From: Eledone cirrhosa | Taxonomy: Eukaryota | Reading direction: 5' to 3' | NCBI GenBank assembly: GCA_964016885.1 | Contig: OZ024741.1 | Span: forward strand, 415,090,001 to 415,154,000 | DNA: 64,000 nucleotides | Shown: piece by piece, positions 39,401-52,400 of the stretch | Layout: each line of letters begins with the position of its first letter | Numbering within the stretch: the first letter of the stretch is position 1 | Notes under the pieces: model-generated | The model's database searches: none | Told to the model about the DNA's origin: nothing | What the model saw: only the letters and a program-made list of their open reading frames with translations | Position numbers and translations under genes: made by a program

Positions 39401-42400
39401 ACCTCTTTCTGTTCAAACCAGCTGTATCTGCCCAGAATTCTCTCACCTGTTTCTGTTCAAATCAGCTGCATCTGGTCAGAATTCTCTCACTTCTTTCTGT
39501 TTAAACCAGCTGTATCTGGTCAGAATTCTCTCACTTCTTTCTGTTCACAACAGCTGTATCTGCCCAGAATTCCCTCACTTCTTTCTGTTCAAACCAGCTG
39601 TATCTGCCCAGAATTCTCTCACCTGTTTATGTTCAAACCAGCTGTATCTGGTCAGAATTCTCTCACTTCTTTCTGTTTAAACCAGCTGTATCTGGCCAGA
39701 ATTCTCTCAATTTATTTCTGTTCACACCAGCTGTATCTGACCAGAATTCCCTCACCTCTTTCTGTTCAAACCAGCTGTATCTGACCAGAATTCTCTCACT
39801 TCTTTCTGTTCAAACCAGCTGTATCTGCCCAGAATTCCCTCACCTCTTTCTGTTCAAACCAGCCGTATCTGCCCAGAATTCTCTTACCTCTTTCTGTTCA
39901 AACCAGCTGTATCTGCCCAGAATTCCCTCACCTCTTTCTGTTCAAACCAGCTGTATCTGACCAGAATTCTCTCACCTGTTTCTGTTCAAACCAGCTGTAT
40001 CTGGCCAGAATTTTCTCACTTCTTTCTGTTCAAACCAGCTGTGTCTGACCAGAATTCTCTCACTTCTTTCTGTTCAAACCAGCTGTATCTGCCCAGAAAT
40101 CCCTCACCTCTTTCTGTTCAAACCAGCTGTATCTGCCCAGAATTCTCTCACCTCATTCTGTTCAAACCAGCTGTATCTGTCCAGAATTCCCTCACCTCTT
40201 TCTGTTCAAACCAGCCGTATCTGCCCAGAATTCCCTCACCTCTTTCTTTTCAAACCAGCTGTATCTGACCACAATTCTCTCACTTCTTTCTGTTCAAACC
40301 AGCTGTATCTGGTCAGAATTCTCTCACTTATTTCCGTTTAAACCAGCTGTATCTGGCCAGATTTCTCTCACTTCTTTTTATTCAAACCAGCTGTATCTGC
40401 CCAGAATTCCTTCTCCTCTTTCTGTTCAAACCAGCTGTATCTGACCAGAATTCCCTCTCCTCTTTCTGTTTAAACCATCTGTATCTGCCCAGAATTCTGT
40501 CACTTCTTTCTGTTCAAACCAGCTGTATCTGCCCAGAATTCCCTCACCTCTTTCTGTTTAAACCTTCTGTATATGCCCAGAATGTTCTCACCTCTTTCTG
40601 TTCAAAGCAGCTGTATCTGCCCAGAATTCCCTCACTTCTTTCTGTTCAAACCAGCTGTATCTGACCAGAATTCTCTCACCTCTTTCTTTTCAAACCAGCT
40701 GTATCTGCCCAGAATTCTCTCACCTGTTTCTGTTCAAATCAGCTGCATCTGGTCAGAATTCTCTCACTTCTTTCTGTTTAAACCAGCTGTATCTGGTCAG
40801 AATTCTCTCACTTCTTTCTGTTCAAACCAGCTGTATCTGACCAGAATTCCCTCACCTCTTTCTGTTCCAAACAGCTGTATCTGCCCAGAATTCCCTCACT
40901 TCTTTCTGTTCAAACCAGCTGTATCTGCCCAGAATTCTCTCACCTGTTTATGTTCAAACCAGCTGTATCTGGTCAGAATTCTCTCACTTCTTTCTGTTTA
41001 AACCAGCTGTATCTGGCCAGAATTCTCTCAATTTATTTCTGTTCACACCAGCTGTATCTGACCAGAATTCCCTCACCTCTTTCTGTTCAAACCAGCTGTA
41101 TCTGACCAGAATTCTCTCACTTCTTTCTGTTCAAACCAGCTGTATCTGCCCAGAATTCCCTCACCTCTTTCTGTTCAAACCAGCCGTATCTGCCCAGAAT
41201 TCTCTTACCTCTTTCTGTTCAAACCAGCTGTATCTGCCCAGAATTCCCTCACCTCTTTCTGTTCAAACCAGCTGTATCTGACCAGAATTCTCTCACCTGT
41301 TTCTGTTCAAACCAGCTTTATCTGGCCAGAATTTTCTCACTTCTTTCTGTTCAAACCAGCTGTGTCTGACCAGAATTCTCTCACTTCTTTCTGTTCAAAC
41401 CATCTGTATCTGACCAGAATTCCCTCTCCTCTTTCTGTTTAAACCATCTGTATCTGCCCAGAATTCTGTCACTTCTTTCTGTTCAAACCAGCTGTATCTG
41501 ACCAGAATTCTCTCACTTCATTCTGTTCAACCCAGCTGTATCTGACCAGAATTCTCTCACCTCTTTCTGTTCAAACCAGCTGTATCTGCCCAGAATTTCC
41601 TCACTTATTTCTGTTCAAACCAGCTGTATCTGCCCAGAAATCCCTCACCTCTTTCTGTTTAAACCAGCTGTATCTGGCCAGAATTCCCTCACTTCTTTCT
41701 GTTTAAACCTTCTGTATATGCCCACAATTTTCTCACCTCTTTCTGTTCAAACCAGCTGTATCTGACCAGAATTCTCTCACCTATTTCTGTTCAAACCAGC
41801 CATATCTGCCCAGAATTCCCTCACCTCTTTCTGTTCAAACCAGCTGTATCTGACCAGAATTCTCTCACTTCTTTCTTTTCAAACCAGCTGTATCTGCCCA
41901 GAATTCTCTCACCTCTTTCTGTTCAAACCAGCTGTGTCTGCCCAGAATTCCCTCACCTCTTTTTGTTCAAACCAGCTCTATCTGACCAGCATTCCCTCAC
42001 CTCTTTCTTTTCAAACCAGCTGTATCTGGCCAGAATTCTCTTACCTCTTTCTGTTCAAACCAGCTGTATCTGCCCAGAATTCCCTCACTTCTTTCTGTTC
42101 AAACCAGCTGTATCTGCCCAGAGTTCCCTCACCTCTTTCTGTTCAAACCAGCTCTATTAGACCAGCATTCCCTCACCTCTTTCTGTTCAAACCAGCTGTA
42201 TCTGGCCAGAATTCCCTCACCTCTTTCTGTTTAAACCAGCTGTATCTGGCCAGAATTCTCTCACTTCTTTCTGTTCAAACCAGCTGTATCTGGTCAGAAT
42301 TCTCTCACTTATTTCCGTTTAAACCAGCTGTATCTGGCCAGATTTCTCTCACTTCTTTTTATTCAAACCAGCTGTATATGACCAGAATTCTCTCACTTCT

Positions 42401-44050
42401 TTCTGTTCAAACCAGCTGTATCTGCCCAGAATTCCTTCTCCTCTTTCTGTTCAAACCAGCTGTATCTGACCAGAATTCCCTCTCCTCTTTCTGTTTAAAC
42501 CATCTGTATCTGCCCAGAATTCTGTCACTTCTTTCTGTTCAAACCAGCTGTATCTGCCCAGAATTCCCTCACCTCTTTCTGTTTAAACCTTCTGTATATG
42601 CCCAGAATGTTCTCACCTCTTTCTGTTCAAAGCAGCTGTATCTGCCCAGAATTCCCTCACTTCTTTCTGTTCAAACCAGCTGTATCTGCCCAGAATTCCC
42701 TCACCTCTTTCTGTTCAAACCAGCTGTATCTGGCCAGAATTCCCTCACCTCTTTCCGTTCAAATCAACTGTATCTGCCCAGAATTCTCTCACTTCTTTCT
42801 GTTCAAACCAGCTGTATCTGACCAGAATTCCCTCACCTCTTTCTGTTTACACCTTCTGTATATGCCCAGAATTTTCTCACCTCTTTCTGTTCAAACCAGC
42901 TGTATCTGGCCAGAATTCCCTCACCTCTTTCTGTTCAAATCATCTGTATCTGCCCAGAATTCTCTCACTTCTTTCTGTTCAAACCAGCGATATCTGCCCA
43001 GAATTCCCTCACCTCTTTCTGTTCAAACCAGCTGTATCTGACCAGAATTCTCTCACTTCATTCTGTTCAAACCAGCTGTATGTGACCAGAATTCTCTCAC
43101 CTCTTTCTGTTCAAACCAGCTGTATCTGACCAGAATTCTCTCACCTCTTTCTTTTCAAACCAGCTGTATCTGCCCAGAATTCTCTCACCTGTTTCTGTTC
43201 AAATCAGCTGCATCTGGTCAGAATTCTCTCACTTCTTTCTGTTTAAACCAGCTGTATCTGGTCAGAATTCTCTCACTTCTTTCTGTTCAAACCAGCTGTA
43301 TGTGACCAGAATTCCCTCACCTCTTTCTGTTCAAACCAGCTGTATCTGCCCAGAATTCCCTCACCTCTTTCTGTTCACAACAGCTGTATCTGCCCAGAAT
43401 TCCCTCACTTCTTTCTGTTCAAACCAGCTGTATCTGCCCAGAATTCTCTCACCTGTTTATGTTCAAACCAGCTGTATCTGGTCAGAATTCTCTCACTTCT
43501 TTCTGTTTAAACCAGCTGTATCTGGCCAGAATTCTCTCAATTTATTTCTGTTCACACCAGCTGTATCTGACCAGAATTCCCTCACCTCTTTCTGTTCAAA
43601 CCAGCTGTATCTGACCAGAATTCTCTCACTTCTTTCTGTTCAAACCAGCTGTATCTGCCCAGAATTCCCTCACCTCTTTCTGTTCAAACCAGCCGTATCT
43701 GCCCAGAATTCTCTTACCTCTTTCTGTTCAAACCAGCTGTATCTGCCCAGAATTCCCTCACCTCTTTCTGTTCAAACCAGCTGTATCTGACCAGAATTCT
43801 CTCACCTGTTTCTGTTCAAACCAGCTGTATCTGGCCAGAATTTTCTCACTTCTTTCTGTTCAAACCAGCTGTGTCTGACCAGAATTCTCTCACTTCTTTC
43901 TGTTCAAACCAGCTGTATCTGCCCAGAAATCCCTCACCTCTTTCTGTTCAAACCAGCTGTATCTGCCCAGAATTCTCTCACCTCATTCTGTTCAAACCAG
44001 CTGTATCTGTCCAGAATTCCCTCACCTCTTTCTTTTTAAACCAGCTGTAT
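36430..44050. repeat. Two tandem copies of an ~83-87-monomer higher-order repeat (core offset 3698 bp = 84 monomers + 2 bp)
   Basis: ORF pairs 38236/41934, 38265/41963 and 38900/42598 are offset by 3698, and 36919/40573 by 3654. The marker 'gaccacaa' is at ~36613/40267/44053. Confidence 0.85.
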
Positions 44051-46400
44051 CTGACCACAATTCTCTCACTTCTTTCTGTTCAAACCAGCTGTATCTGGTC
44101 AGAATTCTCTCACTTATTTCCGTTTAAACCAGCTGTATCTCGCCAGATTTCTCTCACTTCTTTTTATTCAAACCAGCTGTATCTGCCCAGAATTCCTTCT
44201 CCTCTTTCTGTTCAAACCAGCTGTATCTGACCAAAATTCCCTCTCCTCTTTCTGTTTAAACCATCTGTATCTGCCCAGAATTCTGTCACTTCTTTCTGTT
44301 CAAACCAGCTGTATCTGCCCAGAATTCCCTCACCTCTTTCTGTTTAAACCTTCTGTATATGCCCAGAATGTTCTCACCTCTTTCTGTTCAAAGCAGCTGT
44401 ATCTGCCCAGAATTCCCTCACTTCTTTCTGTTCAAACCAGCTGTATCTGCCCAGAATTCCCTCACCTCTTTCTGTTCAAACCAGCTGTATCTGGCCAGAA
44501 TTCCCTTACCTCTTTCCGTTCAAATCATCTGTATCTGCCCAGAATTCTCTCACTTCTTTCTGTTCAAACTAGCTGTATCTGACCAGAATTCTCTCACTTC
44601 ATTCTGTTCAAACCAGCTGTATCTGACCAGAATTTTCTCACCTCTTTCTGTTCAAACCAGCTGTATCTGCCCAGAATTCCCTCACTTCTTTCTGTTCAAA
44701 CCAGCTGTATCTGCCCAGAAATCCCTCACCTCTTTCTGTTCAAACCAGCTGTATCTGCCCAGAATTCTCTCACCTCATTCTGTTCAAACCAGCTGTATCT
44801 GCCCAGAATTCCCTCACCTCTTTCTTTTCAAACCAGCTGTATCTGACCAGAATTCTCTCACTTCTTTCTGTTAAAACCAGCTGTATCTGGCCAGAATTCT
44901 CTCACTTCTTTCTGTTCAAACCAGCTGTATCTGCCCAGAATTCTCTCACCTCTTTCTATTCAAACCAGCTGTATCTGGCCAGAATTCTCTCACTTCTTTC
45001 TGTTTAAACCAGCTGTATCTGGCCAGAATTCTCTCACCTCTTTCTGTTCAAACCAGCCGTATCTGCCCAGAATTCCCTCACCTCATTCTGTTCAAACCAT
45101 CTGTATCTGACCAGAATTCCCTCTCCTCTTTCTGTTTAAACCATCTGTATCTGCCCAGAATTCTGTCACTTCTTTCTGTTCAAACCAGCTGTATCTGCCC
45201 AGAATTCCCTCACCTCTTTCTGTTTACACCTTCTGTATATGCCCAGAATTTTCTCACCTCTTTCTGTTCAAAGCAGCTGTATCTGCCCAGAATTCCCTCA
45301 CTTCTTCCTGTTGAAACCAGCTGTATCTGCCCAGAATTCCCTCACCTCTTTCTGTTCAAACCAGCTGTATCTGGCCAGAATTCCCTCACCTCTTTCTGTT
45401 CAAATCATCTGTATCTGCCCAGAATTCTCTCACTTCTTTCTGTTCAAACCAGCGATATCTGCCCAGAATTCCCTCACCTCTTTCTGTTCAAACCAGCTGT
45501 ATCTGACCAGAATTCTCTCACTTCATTCTGTTCAAACCAGCTGTATCTGACCAGAATTCTCTCACCTCTTTCTTTTCAAACCAGCTGTATCTGCTCAGAA
45601 TTCTCTCACCTGTTTCTGTTCAAATCAGCTGCATCTGGTCAGAATTCTCTCACTTCTTTCTGTTTAAACCAGCTGTATCTGGTCAGAATTCTTTCACTTC
45701 TTTCTGTTCAAACCAGCTGTATCTGACCAGACTTCCCTCACCTCTTTCTGTTCAAACCAGCTGTTTCTGCCCAGAATTCCCTCACTTCTTTCTGTTCAAA
45801 CCAGCTGTATCTGCCCAGACTTCCCTCACCTCTTTCTGTTCACAACAGCTGTATCTGCCCAGAATTCCCTCACCTCTTTCTGTTCAAACCAGCTGTATCT
45901 GACCAGAATTCTCTCACTTCTTTCTGTTCAAACCAGCTGTATCTGCCCAGAATTCCCTCACCTCTTTCTGTTCAAACCAGCCGTATCTGCCCAGAATTCT
46001 CTTACCTCTTTCTGTTCAAACCAGCTGTATCTGCCCAGAATTCCCTCACCTCTTTCTGTTCAAACCAGCTGTATCTGACCAGAATTCTCTCACCTGTTTC
46101 TGTTCAAACCAGCTTTATCTGGCCAGAATTTTCTCACTTCTTTCTGTTCAAACCAGCTGTGTCTGACCAGAATTCTCTCACTTCTTTCTGTTCAAACCAT
46201 CTGTATCTGACCAGAAGTCCCTCTCCTCTTTCTGTTTAAACCATCTGTATCTGCCCAGAATTCTGTCACTTCTTTCTGTTCAAACCAGCTGTATCTGACC
46301 AGAATTCTCTCACTTCATTCTGTTCAACCCAGCTGTATCTGACCAGAATTCTCTCACCTCTTTCTGTTCAAACCAGCTGTATCTGCCCAGAATTTCCTCA
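43250..46400. repeat. Block paralogous to ~50950-54480 (offset 7701-7877 and higher) and in part to ~62000-64000
   Basis: ORF pairs are 43302/51003, 44359/52104 and 45239/53116. Private variants are 'tctcgccagattt' (~44138/51883/62929), 'aaactagctg' (~44566/52311/63357) and 'cttcctgttgaaa' (~45304/53181). Confidence 0.8.
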
Positions 46401-49400
46401 CTTATTTCTGTTCAAACCAGCTGTATCTGCCCAGAAATCCCTCACCTCTTTCTGTTTAAACCAGCTGTATCTGGCCAGAATTCCCTCACTTCTTTCTGTT
46501 TAAACCTTCTGTATATGCCCACAATTTTCTCACCTCTTTCTGTTCAAACCAGCTGTATCTGACCAGAATTCTCTCACCTATTTCTGTTTAAACCAGCCAT
46601 ATCTGCCCAGAATTCCCTCACCTCTTTCTGTTCAAACCAGCTGTATCTGACCAGAATTCTCTCACTTCTTTCTTTTCAAACCAGCTGTATCTGCCCAGAA
46701 TTCTCTCACCTCTTTCTGTTCAAACCAGCTGTGTCTGCCCAGAATTCCCTCACCTCTTTTTGTTCAAACCAGCTCTATCTGACCAGCATTCCCTCACCTC
46801 TTTCTGTTCAAACCAGCTGTATCTGGCCAGAATTCTCTTACCTCTTTCTGTTCAAACTAGCTGTATCTGCCCAGAATTCCCTCACTTCTTTCTGTTCAAA
46901 CCAGCTGTATCTGCCCAGAGTTCCCTCACCTCTTTCTGTTCAAACCAGCTCTATTAGACCAGCATTCCCTCACCTCTTTCTGTTCAAACCAGCTGTATCT
47001 GGCCAGAATTCCCTCACCTCTTTCTGTTTAAACCAGCTGTATCTGGCCAGAATTCTCTCACTTGTTTCTGTTCAAACCAGCTGTATCTGGTCAGAATTCT
47101 CTCACTTATTTCCGTTTAAACCAGCTGTATCTGGCCAGATTTCTCTCACTTCTTTTTATTCAAACCAGCTGTATATGACCAGAATTCTCTCACTTCTTTC
47201 TGTTCAAACCAGCTGTATCTGCCCAGAATTCCTTCTCCTCTTTCTGTTCAAACCAGCTGTATCTGACCAGAATTCCCTCTCCTCTTTCTGTTTAAACCAT
47301 CTGTATCTGCCCAGAATTCTGTCACTTCTTTCTGTTCAAACCAGCTGTATCTGCCCAGAATTCCCTCACCGCTTTCTGTTCAAACCAGCTGTATCTGCCC
47401 AGAATTCCCTCACCTCTTTCTGTTTAAACCTTCTGTATATGCCCAGAATGTTCTCACCTCTTTCTGTTCAAAGCAGCTGTATCTGCCCAGAATTCCCTCA
47501 CTTCTTTCTGTTCAAACCAGCTGTATCTGACCAGAATTCCCTCACCTCTTTCTGTTCAAACCAGCTGTATCTGGCCAGAATTCCCTCACCTCTTTCTGTT
47601 CAAATCATCTGTATCTGCCCAGAATTCTCTCACCTCTTTCTGTTCAAACCAGCTGTATCTGACCAGAATTCTCTCACTTCATTCTGTTCAAACCAGCTGT
47701 ATCTGACCAGAATTCTCTCACCTCTTTCTGTTCAAACCAGCTGTATCTGACCAGAATTCTCTCACCTCTTTCTTTTCAAACCAGCTGTATCTGCCCAGAA
47801 TTCTCTCACCTGTTTCTGTTCAAATCAGCTGCATCTGGTCAGAATTCTCTCACTTCTTTCTGTTTAAACCAGCTGTATCTGGTCAGAATTCTCTCAATTC
47901 TTTCTGTTCAAACCAGCTGTATCTGACCAGAATTCCCTCACCTCTTTCTGTTCAAACCAGCTGTATCTGCCCAGAATTCCCTCACTCTTTCTGTTCACAA
48001 CAGCTGTATCTGCCCAGAATTCCCTCACTTCTTTCTGTTCAAACCAGCTGTATCTGCCCAGAATTCTCTCACCTGTTTATGTTCAAACCAGCTGTATCTG
48101 GTCAGAATTCTCTCACTTCTTTCTGTTTAAACCAGCTGTATCTGGCCAGAATTCTCTCAATTTATTTCTGTTCACACCAGCTGTATCTGACCAGAATTCC
48201 CTCACCTCTTTCTGTTCAAACCAGCTGTATCTGACCAGAATTCCCTCACTTCTTTCTGTTCAAACCAGCTGTATCTGCCCAGAATTCCCTCACCTCTTTC
48301 TGTTCAAACCAGCCGTATCTGCCCAGAATTCTCTTACCTCTTTCTGTTCAAACCAGCTGTATCTGCCCAGAATTCCCTCACCTCTTTCTGTTGAAACCAG
48401 CTGTTTCTGCCCGAATTCCCTCACTTCTTTCTGTTCAAACCAGCTGTATCTGCCCAGAATTCCCTCACCTCTTTCTGTTCACAACAGCTGTATCTGCCCA
48501 GAATTCCCTCACTTCTTTCTGTTCAAACCAGCTGTATCTGCCCAGAATTCTCTCACCTGTTTATGTTCAAACCAGCTGTATCTGGTCAGAATTCTCTCAC
48601 TTCTTTCTGTTTAAACCAGCTGTATCTGGCCAGAATTCTCTCAATTTATTTCTGTTCACACCAGCTGTATCTGACCAGAATTCCCTCACCTCTTTCTGTT
48701 CAAACCAGCTGTATCTGACCAGAATTCTCTCACTTCTTTCTGTTCAAACCAGCTGTATCTGCCCAGAATTCCCTCACCTCTTTCTGTTCAAACCAGCCGT
48801 ATCTGCCCAGAATTCTCTTACCTCTTTCTGTTCAAACCAGCTGTATCTGCCCAGAATTCCCTCACCTCTTTCTGTTCAAACCAGCTGTATCTGACCAGAA
48901 TTCTCTCACCTGTTTCTGTTCAAACCAGCTTTATCTGGCCAGAATTTTCTCACTTCTTTCTGTTCAAACCAGCTGTGTCTGACCATAATTCTCTCACTTC
49001 TTTCTGTTCAAACCATCTGTATCTGACCAGAATTCCCTCTCCTCTTTCTGTTTAAACCATCTGTATCTGCCCAGAATTCTGTCACTTCTTTCTGTTCAAA
49101 CCAGCTGTATCTGACCAGAATTCTCTCACTTCATTCTGTTCAACCCAGCTGTATCTGACCAGAATTCTCTCACCTCTTTCTGTTCAAACCAGCTGTATCT
49201 GCCCAGAATTTCCTCACTTATTTCTGTTCAAACCAGCTGTATCTGCCCAGAAATCCCTCACCTCTTTCTGTTTAAACCAGCTGTATCTGGCCAGAATTCC
49301 CTCACTTCTTTCTGTTTAAACCTTCTGTATATGCCCACAATTTTCTCACCTCTTTCTGTTCAAACCAGCTGTATCTGACCAGAATTCTCTCACCTATTTC

Positions 49401-52400
49401 TGTTCAAACCAGCCATATCTGCCCAGAATTCCCTCACCTCTTTCTGTTCAAACCAGCTGTATCTGACCAGAATTCTCTCACTTCTTTCTTTTCAAACCAG
49501 CTGTATCTGCCCAGAATTCTCTCACCTCTTTCTGTTCAAACCAGCTGTGTCTGCCCAGAATTCCCTCACCTCTTTTTGTTCAAACCAGCTCTATCTGACC
49601 AGCATTCCCTCACCTCTTTCTGTTCAAACCAGCTGTATCTGGCCAGAATTCTCTTACCTCTTTCTGTTCAAACCAGCTGTATCTGCCCAGAATTCCCTCA
49701 CTTCTTTCTGTTCAAACCAGCTGTATCTGCCCAGAGTTCCCTCACCTCTTTCTGTTCAAACCAGCTCTATTAGACCAGCATTCCCTCACCTCTTTCTGTT
49801 CAAACCAGCTGTATCTGGCCAGAATTCCCTCACCTCTTTCTGTTTAAACCAGCTGTATCTGGCCAGAATTCTCTCACTTGTTTCTGTTCAAACCAGCTGT
49901 ATCTGGTCAGAATTCTCTCACTTATTTCCGTTTAAACCAGCTGTATCTGGCCAGATTTCTCTCACTTCTTTTTATTCAAACCAGCTGTATATGACCAGAA
50001 TTCTCTCACTTCTTTCTGTTCAAACCAGCTGTATCTGCCCAGAATTCCTTCTCCTCTTTCTGTTCAAACCAGCTGTATCTGACCAGAATTCCCTCTCCTC
50101 TTTCTGTTTAAACCATCTGTATCTGCCCAGAATTCTGTCACTTCTTTCTGTTCAAACCAGCTGTATCTGCCCAGAATTCCCTCACCGCTTTCTGTTCAAA
50201 CCAGCTGTATCTGCCCAGAATTCCCTTACCTCTTTCTGTTTAAACCTTCTGTATATGCCCAGAATGTTCTCACCTCTTTCTGTTCAAAGCAGCTGTATCT
50301 GCCCAGAATTCCCTCACCTCTTTCTGTTCAAACCAGCTGTATCTGGCCAGAATTCCCTCACCTCTTTCCGTTCAAATCATCTGTATCTGCCCAGAATTCT
50401 CTCACTTCTTTCTGTTCAAACCAGCTGTATCTGACCAGAATTCCCTCACCTCTTTCTGTTTACACCTTCTGTATATGCCCAGAATTTTCTCACCTCTTTC
50501 TGTTCAAAGCAGCTGTATCTGCCCAGAATTCCCTCACTTCTTTCTGTTCAAACCAGCTGTATCTGCCCAGAATTCCCTCACCTCTTTCTGTTCAAACCAG
50601 CTGTATCTGGCCAGAATTCCCTCACCTCTTTCTGTTCAAATCATCTGTATCTGCCCAGAATTCTCTCACTTCTTTCTGTTCAAACCAGCGATATCTGCCC
50701 AGAATTCCCTCACCTCTTTCTGTTCAAACCAGCTGTATCTGACCAGAATTCTCTCACTTCATTCTGTTCAAACCAGCTGTATCTGACCAGAATTCTCTCA
50801 CCTCTTTCTGTTCAAACCAGCTGTATCTGACCAGAATTCTCTCACCTCTTTCTTTTCAAACCAGCTGTATCTGCCCAGAATTCTCTCACCTGTTTCTGTT
50901 CAAATCAGCTGCATCTGGTCAGAATTCTCTCACTTCTTTCTGTTTAAACCAGCTGTATCTGGTCAGAATTCTCTCACTTCTTTCTGTTCAAACCAGCTGT
51001 ATGTGACCAGAATTCCCTCACCTCTTTCTGTTCAAACCAGCTGTATCTGCCCAGAATTCCCTCACCTCTTTCTGTTCACAACAGCTGTATCTGCCCAGAA
51101 TTCCCTCACTTCTTTCTGTTCAAACCAGCTGTATCTGCCCAGAATTCTCTCACCTGTTTATGTTCAAACCAGCTGTATCTGGTCAGAATTCTCTCACTTC
51201 TTTCTGTTTAAACCAGCTGTATCTGGCCAGAATTCTCTCAATTTATTTCTGTTCACACCAGCTGTATCTGACCAGAATTTCCTCACCTCTTTCTGTTCAA
51301 ACCAGCTGTATCTGACCAGAATTCTCTCACTTCTTTCTGTTCAAACCAGCTGTATCTGCCCAGAATTCCCTCACCTCTTTCTGTTCAAACCAGCCGTATC
51401 TGCCCAGAATTCTCTTACCTCTTTCTGTTCAAACCAGCTGTATCTGCCCAGAATTCCCTCACCTCTTTCTGTTCAAACCAGCTGTATCTGACCAGAATTC
51501 TCTCATCTGTTTCTGTTCAAACCAGCTGTATCTGGCCAGAATTTTCTCACTTCTTTCTGTTCAAACCAGCTGTGTCTGACCAGAATTCTCTCACTTCTTT
51601 CTGTTCAAACCAGCTGTATCTGCCCAGAAATCCCTCACCTCTTTAGGTTCAAACCAGCTGTATCTGCCCAGAATTCTCTCACCTCATTCTGTTCAAACCA
51701 GCTGTATCTGTCCAGAATTCCCTCACCTCTTTCTGTTCAAACCAGCCGTATCTGCCCAGAATTCCCTCACCTCTTTCTTTTTAAACCAGCTGTATCTGAC
51801 CACAATTCTCTCACTTCTTTCTGTTCAAACCAGCTGTATCTGGTCAGAATTCTCTCACTTATTTCCGTTTAAACCAGCTGTATCTCGCCAGATTTCTCTC
51901 ACTTCTTTTTATTCAAACCAGCTGTATCTGCCCAGAATTCCTTCTCCTCTTTCTGTTCAAACCAGCTGTATCTGACCAGAATTCCCTCTCCTCTTTCTGT
52001 TTAAACCATCTGTATCTGCCCAGAATTCTGTCACTTCTTTCTGTTCAAACCAGCTGTATCTGCCCAGAATTCCCTCACCTCTTTCTGTTTAAACCTTCTG
52101 TATATGCCGAGAATGTTCTCACCTCTTTCTGTTCAAAGCAGCTGTATCTGCCCAGAATTCCCTCACTTCTTTCTGTTCAAACCAGCTGTATCTGCCCAGA
52201 ATTCCCTCACCTCTTTCTGTTCTAACCAGCTGTATCTGGCCAGAATTCCCTTACCTCTTTCCGTTCAAATCATCTGTATCTGCCCAGAATTCTCTCACTT
52301 CTTTCTGTTCAAACTAGCTGTATCTGACCAGAATTCTCTCACTTCATTCTGTTCAAACCAGCTGTATCTGACCAGAATTCTCTCACTTCTTTCTGTTCAA

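Noticed and set aside
51641-51650. TTAGG telomere-like motif (also at 62687)
   Set aside because: It is a single two-base substitution (ct>ag) within a monomer, copied by the 11-kb duplication, and not a tandem telomeric tract.
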